DNA of 64,000 bases, taken from NCBI GenBank assembly GCA_944349925.1, contig CALVNT010000037.1:871-64870 (forward strand). Direction: 5' to 3'. Made by a program: the position numbers and the translations under genes. The notes beneath the pieces were generated by a model, which was not told where the DNA came from, ran no database searches, and worked only from the letters and a program-made list of their open reading frames with translations. This DNA is from an uncultured Clostridia bacterium. GTDB taxonomy: Bacteria > Bacillota > Clostridia > Christensenellales > UBA1242. Of this stretch, positions 36,920 through 43,914 are shown piece by piece; the stretch's first letter is position 1; the number at the start of each line of letters is the position of its first letter.

Positions 36920-38159
36920 AGATCTCTCCTAACTTTTTATTTATTCTTTTTAGCCAATTGATTCTATATGTACTAAATTTTTTTAGTATTTGATTTAAAA
37001 TGAATAATCTATATTTTTTATATTTTCTTAATATACTTTCTGAATATTTTATATTGCATTTTAATTTTTCAAAAGCATTCCAATAGTCAAGGTGGTTTTT
37101 TACTGGCATAGGTGACCATGCTGGCGCATAAATTTCAAAAACTTGATCAAGAAAATCATAATATTTGGAAATGCCATATAACTTAAACTCTAAATCTTTT
37201 ATAATATATCTGGCAATATCTTCAATTCTAATATAGTTTCTTACTTGTTCTTCTACGCAGTTAGATTTTAATTTTGATAATAAATCATTTTTTAAAATAT
37301 AATCTTTTATTGTTTTATAAAACGCCTTACAATTTTTGCCTTCATTTAACACATTTAACAAATCATCTAAATAAATTTTTTCAAATGTATCGGCAGAATA
37401 AAAATAATAACCTATTAAATCAATTCTGTTTTCAAATGGATAAGCCCCATTGGTATAGCACTCTAACTCTGTCTCTTTGCTATAAAGCGTGAATGCAATT
37501 TTATCAACTAAATTTGGTTTTTCTAAAAACATACAGAATGCGGAAAGTTTAAAATCTGGCTTAATATTAAATAATTTAGCAAATAAATTAAAGTTCCTAA
37601 TGATAGTTCCTGCGTTTATATATTCGTCAAAAACCAAAAATTTAGAATTAAAAAATTTAGATAATTTTGTACCATATAAAACTTTATTAAATTGTTTCAA
37701 TATATTATAATTATAATCAAAATTATCATTTATGCTATCTATAATTGTAAATGGTTTTTTCTGTATTAAATTATCCAAATTTGTTTTGTCGCATAAATTT
37801 TTTAAATAATTGCAACGGGGAAGTAAATGATTATTAATTAGTACGTTTTGATTTAATTCAGTTTTGCTAAGATACAATTTAAACCAATCAAACAAATTAA
37901 AGTTCAAATCTCTTGGAATTTTGAGCTGTATAAAGTTTATATCTGAAACTTTATATTCAGGTAAGAGTGTGATAATTTTAAATAAAGGTGCTGTTCCACT
38001 TTCAATAAAAATTACATTTTTGTAATTTGACTTAATAATTTCATCAAAAACCATTTGAGCCATTTTTATTGACTGTTTGTCGTCTTTGTATTTAAATCCA
38101 CGACCAAAATCCTCATTAATAAATTTTGATAAATTATCAATTTTTCCATATGGATTCAT
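36906..38159 (-). CDS. orphan 417-aa protein with a possible PRTase-like PRPP motif
   Basis: FLVFDEYINAGTIIRNF resembles the hhhhD[DE]xxxxGxT PRPP loop; otherwise unrecognised. Confidence 0.35.
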   Translation of the reverse strand: MNPYGKIDNLSKFINEDFGRGFKYKDDKQSIKMAQMVFDEIIKSNYKNVIFIESGTAPLFKIITLLPEYKVSDINFIQLKIPRDLNFNLFDWFKLYLSKTELNQNVLINNHLLPRCNYLKNLCDKTNLDNLIQKKPFTIIDSINDNFDYNYNILKQFNKVLYGTKLSKFFNSKFLVFDEYINAGTIIRNFNLFAKLFNIKPDFKLSAFCMFLEKPNLVDKIAFTLYSKETELECYTNGAYPFENRIDLIGYYFYSADTFEKIYLDDLLNVLNEGKNCKAFYKTIKDYILKNDLLSKLKSNCVEEQVRNYIRIEDIARYIIKDLEFKLYGISKYYDFLDQVFEIYAPAWSPMPVKNHLDYWNAFEKLKCNIKYSESILRKYKKYRLFILNQILKKFSTYRINWLKRINKKLGEIYEYY

Positions 38160-38161
38160 AT

Positions 38162-38818
38162 TTACTCCTTTGCAATTTCAATGAAATTTTTAATTTTTTC
38201 AAAATCTTTTCTATCTTTTTTTAGATAAGTATCGCTGAAGGTGCTAACACCAGTAGATACATCAACACCATATGGCTCGGTTGTTTTAATTGCACCTTGT
38301 AAATTTTGTAGATTTAAACCGCCAGCAATAAAAGAAGGTTTGTTTGTTGATTTCAATAAAATTGATGTTCGTATCCAATCATTTTCTTTGCCCGTTCCAC
38401 CAGTATAATCAAGATTTCTAGAATCAAATAAAAAGTAATCACAATAAGGGTAATAAAGCTTCATTCTGCTTTCTGCATCATTATAATTAGAAACAATTGT
38501 TTTGATAATTTCCCCTAAGAAATTTTCTCTAACAATTTTTATCTGCTTTTCATCAATATCTTCTGATATTTGAATACCTGTACACTTTATATATTTAGCT
38601 AAATCCAAAATGTCCTCAGCATTTAATAAGTGCGTAACTAAAAAGCTTTTAACATTTTTAGGAAATTTTTTTATAGTTTCACGAACCCATTGAGCGTATG
38701 GTTCGACCTCAACAGGCAAAACTTTTCCACCCATAACAAATCCTATACAATCTGCTCCGAGTTTTATCGCATTTAAAGCATCAATTTCGTTACTTATTCC
38801 ACATATTTTAACTTTCAT
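38162..38818 (-). CDS. phosphoribosylanthranilate-isomerase (TrpF/PRAI)-like TIM-barrel protein
   Basis: MKVKICGIS..AIKLGADCIGFV, TGGTGKENDW, FIAGGLNLQNL and YGVDVSTGVS are collinear with TrpF. No other trp genes are nearby. Confidence 0.7.
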   Translation of the reverse strand: MKVKICGISNEIDALNAIKLGADCIGFVMGGKVLPVEVEPYAQWVRETIKKFPKNVKSFLVTHLLNAEDILDLAKYIKCTGIQISEDIDEKQIKIVRENFLGEIIKTIVSNYNDAESRMKLYYPYCDYFLFDSRNLDYTGGTGKENDWIRTSILLKSTNKPSFIAGGLNLQNLQGAIKTTEPYGVDVSTGVSTFSDTYLKKDRKDFEKIKNFIEIAKE

Positions 38819-39656
38819 TTTCTTTTACCTCATAATTATAAACTTCTTTTAAATATTCACCCCACAAACCATCATCATTTCCGCTTTTAGTTTTTAACTT
38901 AGATAAATTGTCAATTGAACCGCGATCGATAACACCATTTTCAGTTACTTCACATAAATTACCATTACCATCAACAAATACATCATAATCGTTTTCAATT
39001 TCAAAATCTTCTTCAACAATAATGCTGTTTTTATAATTTTCTTTGACTTTTTTCATTAAAATTTCATAGGCATCTTTATCTACTTCAAATCTTTTACGAT
39101 AATCTTTTCCATATCCACTGGCGAAAAATTTTCCTAATTTCCAACTTAAAATTTTACTATTCATTAGAGTAAACATATTAGGGATATCATTAATATTCTC
39201 TTTGCCAACCATAGTATTTATTTTAATTTTTACTTTTGGATATTTGCTTGATATATAGTCAACTAGTTTTAAAACATGTTCATGATGATTTTCAAGCGCA
39301 CAGGGACGCATTTTATTATGTATCATAGGGTCAAATGAATCTAATGGCAGATTAATTGCATCTATATAATTTAAAACATCTTCTTTTTGTGGAAGTAGTA
39401 TGCCATTGGTTGAAATTATTGTCATCAATCCCTTGTCTTTGCAATACTTAATTATTTCTATAATATCATCCCTTACAAGTGGATCTCCGCCTGTAAGATT
39501 TATAGCTTTTAAGCCATTGTCAATTAAAACATCTATAACATGTTTTGCCTTTTGTGTACTTATTTGTTCACGATTAATTCTCCAATCAGAAAAGCAAAAT
39601 TCGCAATTCATATTACATCTGCTTGATATTTCAAAACAAGTGTAAACTATTTTCAT
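38808..39656 (-). CDS. radical SAM enzyme, viperin/MoaA-like (no auxiliary cluster)
   Basis: CNMNCEFC (CxxxCxxC), INLTGGDPL, IISTNG, LPLDSFD, IKINTMV, SWKLGKFF. 282 aa with no C-terminal Cys cluster. Confidence 0.65.
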   Translation of the reverse strand: MKIVYTCFEISSRCNMNCEFCFSDWRINREQISTQKAKHVIDVLIDNGLKAINLTGGDPLVRDDIIEIIKYCKDKGLMTIISTNGILLPQKEDVLNYIDAINLPLDSFDPMIHNKMRPCALENHHEHVLKLVDYISSKYPKVKIKINTMVGKENINDIPNMFTLMNSKILSWKLGKFFASGYGKDYRKRFEVDKDAYEILMKKVKENYKNSIIVEEDFEIENDYDVFVDGNGNLCEVTENGVIDRGSIDNLSKLKTKSGNDDGLWGEYLKEVYNYEVKENES

Positions 39657-40753
39657 AAATCCTCCTTAAAAATATTTTCTATTTCATTTTTTACTCTTTC
39701 ATAATCTTCTTTAAAAGTTGTTAAATCCCCATTAATATCTAAATGATTAAACTCACTTCCTCTTTGGGTTGCTTCAGTCGAACCTGCCATATTTACAGCA
39801 CCTATAGATTTTACCCTTGTAATGTTATAGCCGAACTTTTCCATAGCTTTAATTTTTAATGGATTATTTGTCAACATAACAACATTTTTATTTGCTTGTA
39901 TAAAGTCCATAATAATAGGAGTTATATTATATCCAGCACCATCGTTTTCTTTTCTTGGATCTCCTTCAATGCCGATAGTAGTAAAGCCTCCATACATTGT
40001 TGTTTTATAGGTTTGTTCTGCACTATATTCACCTCTGTGACGCATTGAAGCTCGCTCACTTAAATCAAAAACAAATTCATCTTTTGTATAGCCGCTACCC
40101 ATTCCATTTTGAGAATCAATATGCATCAAAACAAATCCAATTTTACTGATTTTACTATAAATATGTTTGCCTTCGCTATATTTAAATTGTTCTTGCACCC
40201 AATGTTCAAAAGCATCTCCATTATCAAATTTAGGTGGCGTGATTTCATTAAAAGTCGCTGATAGTTCTCTGATATTTTTCCATTGATAATAACAATTGCA
40301 TCTTTGAGAACCAAACAAGAATGATGGCGTACAAGCAGATTCTGTTCTTAAAACAATTTTATTATCGTAAATATTGCCTACAATTCCAACGTTTGCATAT
40401 TCCATGCCAATCATGGGATTATAAATACACAAACCAATGTGTCTTACTAGATGTGGTGTTTCATTTTTCTCTGATAAAGAAAATAAAGTTGCACCTTTAT
40501 TGGCAATAATTAAGGACTTTGTTTTTTTATGAATTGCAATATCATATAAATTCATTAAATCACCAGTGGCTTTGTTTTGATCTAGCCCTGTTATAAAATT
40601 TAAAATTATCTTATTAAACATATTTCTATCTTTGATATTCCAAACAGGTGAATTGTCATTTGGAACTTTATCTAATACTTCGATATAAATTTGTCTTATT
40701 CTTTTTATCCTAGATAAATAGTTATTTATTCCGTTTTCAATTTTATCTTTCAT
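39653..40753 (-). CDS. GTP cyclohydrolase II-family protein, divergent, with ~130-aa N-terminal extension
   Basis: RTESACTPSFLFGSQRCNCYYQ (three Zn-ligand Cys as in RibA C..RCDC) and VVMLTNNPLKIKAMEKFGYNITRV (RibA LLTNNPRK..L...G). Confidence 0.65.
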   Translation of the reverse strand: MKDKIENGINNYLSRIKRIRQIYIEVLDKVPNDNSPVWNIKDRNMFNKIILNFITGLDQNKATGDLMNLYDIAIHKKTKSLIIANKGATLFSLSEKNETPHLVRHIGLCIYNPMIGMEYANVGIVGNIYDNKIVLRTESACTPSFLFGSQRCNCYYQWKNIRELSATFNEITPPKFDNGDAFEHWVQEQFKYSEGKHIYSKISKIGFVLMHIDSQNGMGSGYTKDEFVFDLSERASMRHRGEYSAEQTYKTTMYGGFTTIGIEGDPRKENDGAGYNITPIIMDFIQANKNVVMLTNNPLKIKAMEKFGYNITRVKSIGAVNMAGSTEATQRGSEFNHLDINGDLTTFKEDYERVKNEIENIFKEDL

Positions 40754-41300
40754 TTTTTTCTCCTAAATTATTTTCAAAATTTTTAAAGATTTGGTTTAAT
40801 CTTTCATATTCATCTACATGCGGGAATATATTGCTACTTCTATCGTGTTTGAAAATTTCTGCCATTTCAAAATATTGGGCACATTCTACTTCTTCTTGTT
40901 GATATCTTAAATCTTCAAGATTAACATTTTTTTTCAATACAAATACATCTACAAATTCTCTGCTTACTATGTCTTTCCAAGCAAAATCTTCTTTAATTGT
41001 GAATAGAAATTTAAAGTCTTTGGGCTTCAATTTTAGCCCTAATTCTTCTTCTCCTTCTCTAATGGCACTAATAAGTGATTTTTCTCCCGCAGCAATGTGA
41101 CCAGCAAAGGAACAGTCCCAGTAGTTTGGGAAAAATTTCTTTTTAGCACATCGTTTTTGCATTAATATTTGATTTTTATCATTTACAATCCAAACATGTA
41201 CGCTTTTGTGCCAAAGCCCTTTTTTGTGAGCTATAGCTTTATCAATTACTCCTTTACAATTACCATTTTCATCATACCAATCAATTAATTCATGCTCCAT
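40743..41300 (-). CDS. NUDIX hydrolase
   Basis: Intact Nudix box GHIAAGEKSLISAIREGEEELGL. Start at MEHELIDW after AAGGAG. Confidence 0.8.
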   Translation of the reverse strand: MEHELIDWYDENGNCKGVIDKAIAHKKGLWHKSVHVWIVNDKNQILMQKRCAKKKFFPNYWDCSFAGHIAAGEKSLISAIREGEEELGLKLKPKDFKFLFTIKEDFAWKDIVSREFVDVFVLKKNVNLEDLRYQQEEVECAQYFEMAEIFKHDRSSNIFPHVDEYERLNQIFKNFENNLGEKNER

Positions 41301-41899
41301 TCTTTTTCTCCTTTTTCTTGTGATATTTCTGGTAGTGGCAGAAAGCCACAACATATAACTGGGGTGTTTTCTGCATTAAAATTTAAATTATCATCATTTA
41401 TCTTGCCTTCCCTTAAAACAGACAGACATCCAGTAATTTTAAAACCTGCTTGATTTGAGAAGTTTTTCATAAATTTAAATGTTGATCCAGTTGAATATAC
41501 GTCATCTACAAATAAAACATTTTTATTTTTCAACTTTTCATATTCTGTTTGCGAAACATAGTACTCGCTTTTGCCAGATGTAATACTTTCGCCATCAATA
41601 GATATTGGATTTAACATATAGCACTTTTTACTTTTTCTTAGACATACATAGTCACAATTAAGATATCTCGCAACTTCTTGTGCGATTGGCAATCCTTTCA
41701 ATTCGGTGGTTAAAATTATGTCGTATTTAATACCTTTCGTTATAGTTTGATAAGATAGAGATTTGCCCGCTTTTTTTAATAATTCCATGTCGCCCACCAA
41801 ATTAAAACCAGCAATATATATGCCACTTGGGGTTTTCAAAATAGGCAATTGTCTTTTTAGTCCTAAAATATTTAGCTCATAAAAATTATTTTTTTTCAT
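41285..41899 (-). CDS. type I phosphoribosyltransferase
   Basis: PRPP loop VLFVDDVYSTGSTF. Start at MKKNNFYEL after GGAGGG. First gene of the operon. Confidence 0.75.
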   Translation of the reverse strand: MKKNNFYELNILGLKRQLPILKTPSGIYIAGFNLVGDMELLKKAGKSLSYQTITKGIKYDIILTTELKGLPIAQEVARYLNCDYVCLRKSKKCYMLNPISIDGESITSGKSEYYVSQTEYEKLKNKNVLFVDDVYSTGSTFKFMKNFSNQAGFKITGCLSVLREGKINDDNLNFNAENTPVICCGFLPLPEISQEKGEKEWSMN

Positions 41900-41949
41900 A
41901 TTTACCCTCCTAAAATATACTGTCTTTATTGACTTCGGCATTGTATTTT

Positions 41950-41998
41950 TTTATACGGTGTCAATATGACACTATCAATATATCATAGCATTAGTGTC
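41950..41998. promoter_or_regulatory. operon promoter (minus strand TTGATA-17-TATAAA) with palindromic operator in the spacer
   Basis: -10 at 41950-41955 and -35 at 41973-41978. Perfect palindrome GTGTCA-ATA-TGACAC at 41958-41972. A further inverted pair is GACACTA (41969-41975) / TAGTGTC (41992-41998). Confidence 0.55.
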
Positions 41999-42120
41999 TT
42001 GTCAACAATTTTATTAAAAATTTTTTAATATTTTTTGTTAAACCAAAAAGTGTTAAATCTACACTAAAAGACTTTACTTTATTTTTTAAATGTTATATAA
42101 TCCTGAAAAGGATATAATTT

Positions 42121-42762
42121 ATGGAATTTAGTAACAAATATGAAAAACAAATGATCTCAGTTGATATTTGCATGTTTTCAATAATAGATAATAAATTAAA
42201 TGTTTTACTTGCGAAAAGAGCTGAAGATCCATATAAAAATATGTGGAGTTTAATTGGCGGTGGAGTTTATAATGACGAAACGTGTGAAAACGCTGTAAAA
42301 AGAGAATTAGCCGAAAAATTAGATATTCATGATATTTCACCTATTCTTTCGAGTGTTTTTAGTGAACCTAAAAGAGATATTAGATTTAGAAATATATCAA
42401 TATCATATTTTTGTTTAGTAAATTCTTCAATAGCACATAAAATTAACACAAAAAAAGTTTTAGAAGTAAAATGGAGTGAAGTATATAAAATTACAAAATT
42501 GGCATTTGATCATAACGATATACTAAATAAAGCAATTAACCAATTAAAGGAAAAAGCTTTTGATATTGATTTCATGAAACCTTACCTACCTAAATATTTT
42601 ACTTTATCCACACTTCAATCAATATTTGAAAGTATTCTGCAAACGAATTTAGATAAAAGAAATTTTAGAAGAAAGTTAAATTCTTTAAATTGTTTAATTG
42701 ATACAGGTGAAAAAAACGAATTAGACAAACATAAAAAATCTGTTATTTATCAATTAAAATAA
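42121..42762 (+). CDS. NrtR-like Nudix-related transcriptional regulator
   Basis: N-terminal Nudix fold with degenerate box (GGGVYNDETCENAVKRELAEKLDI). C-terminal winged-helix signature FTLSTLQSIFESILQTNLDKRNFRRKL...SVIYQL. Confidence 0.7.
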   Translation: MEFSNKYEKQMISVDICMFSIIDNKLNVLLAKRAEDPYKNMWSLIGGGVYNDETCENAVKRELAEKLDIHDISPILSSVFSEPKRDIRFRNISISYFCLVNSSIAHKINTKKVLEVKWSEVYKITKLAFDHNDILNKAINQLKEKAFDIDFMKPYLPKYFTLSTLQSIFESILQTNLDKRNFRRKLNSLNCLIDTGEKNELDKHKKSVIYQLK

Positions 42763-43182
42763 AGCACCTTATTAACCTTTTTTCTCTTTTTAATAAAAAT
42801 TAAAAAAAACACTATATAAACTGTTTCATTTAGATAGAGCTCTTTACTTATATAATTCCATTCTAGCCAAAGATGTTTAAAGCATCTGTAAGCCAATTTA
42901 ATGCTATACCTGTACTTAAATACTTTGATTAACCCCTAAAGGACAAGTCCCAAATAACACGACTAAAATAACGATTAGATTAATTAAGATTATGTTTTAA
43001 ATCATAGAACGCTAACCTTTAAATTAGGGTCATTAATGTTTGTTCCGTTACTTGTTCTACTTATCTTTGATTGCTGGCAATATTACTGCCAAACCATTAA
43101 CATATTTGTTCACGAAAATTCAAACCATTTACTGAACAAGCAATAACAACAATTAAACAAAATAGGGCAACAGCAAAACAAA

Positions 43183-43532
43183 ACCAATGACAATATTTAT
43201 TTATACTTTTAATTTATCAGACATACCCCTTACTTATTTAAAAGCATAATAAGAAGCATTTTATCCGAACTTCTAAATGGCTTAATTTTACATTCACAAA
43301 CAGATAATTTTCAAGCATAGATAATTAGATACATTTACGAACAATATGCAAAAAATGTTTATGTTAAAAACATAACAGAAAATATAACAAGTAAAGGTAT
43401 TTACTGTCGTGGGAAACTTTTTTAAAAAATGCAGTTTACAGAATACTAAAAAATGAAAAATATTCAGATGTGTATCATTACAATGATGAAGTGTTTAAAA
43501 ATATTTATCCACAAATTATTCCTAACGATTAA
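43183..43532 (+). pseudogene. decayed large-serine-recombinase fragment (recombinase domain only)
   Basis: Frame A reads ..HTPYLFKS..LILHSQTDNFQA*IIRYIYEQYAKNVYVKNITENITSKGIYCRGKLF. After a frameshift in a T6A6 run it reads KNAVYRILKNEKYSDVYHYNDEVFKNIYPQIIPND*. This matches the PYGY ... IF..Y ... G..W....V..IL.N..Y.G pattern. Two in-frame stops, one frameshift, no Zn-ribbon or coiled-coil part. Confidence 0.55.
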
Positions 43533-43682
43533 ATCATAAAAAATTTAGTCGTTTTTGTTGTTAAATTTAAAATGAAATTTTACAAATTATTCAAAAACTA
43601 TTGCAATTTTTTATATTCTTAATATATACTATGTATATATTAAAAGTTAAAAGGAAGGAGTGTTTTTATGGATACGCACGCT

Positions 43683-43735
43683 TTCCGCCATAGACTTGTC
43701 CACCCGTACCATTATGGTATGGGTGGATTTTTATA
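43683..43735 (+). repeat. direct repeat copy 2 (attR-like), also a functional-looking terminator hairpin
   Basis: TTCCGCCATAGACTTGTCCACCCGTACCATTATGGTATGGGTGGATTTTTAT. Differs from copy 1 by one stem transition, the loop (ATTC vs TTA) and one A. Confidence 0.8.
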
Positions 43736-43914
43736 ATGTTATATTAAATTTAGTTTATTATACAATTTAAACTATTAAATAATTTTGCAATATAATCAAT
43801 TGATCTTTTCTCATTTATAGATAATTGTTTATACTAATAATTATTTATTTTCTTTGACATTTTTAAAAAAATAAATATACTTTAATTGATAATATTTTTA
43901 TAAGGAGGAAGATT

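Larger units (their letters stand above)
33652..43735. mobile_element. ~10 kb genomic island at the tRNA-Ser 3' end, probably immobilised
   Basis: Flanked by the 33652-33706 and 43683-43735 direct repeats. Contains a decayed serine-recombinase fragment at the distal end. Visibly more AT-rich than the flanks; cargo is an accessory operon. Confidence 0.65.

Noticed and set aside
38162-40753. Reading the TrpF-like, radical SAM and GCH-II-like genes as housekeeping trpF, moaA and ribA
   Set aside because: No other trp, moa or rib genes are present in the window. The radical SAM protein lacks the MoaA C-terminal cluster. The GCH-II-like protein has a non-DHBPS extension. All three are embedded in an island operon.
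42763-43182. Attempt to find the resolvase catalytic domain of the recombinase relic
   Set aside because: Translations in all three frames are broken every few codons. Only vague resemblances were seen (..FDCWQYYCQTINIFVHEN..), which is not supportable by eye.
43836-43845. PerR/Fur-like palindrome AATAATTATT upstream of the peroxiredoxin promoter
   Set aside because: It is a 10-bp all-A/T palindrome in AT-rich DNA. It lies upstream of the -35 and fits the 7-1-7 PerR box only partially, so the information content is too low.
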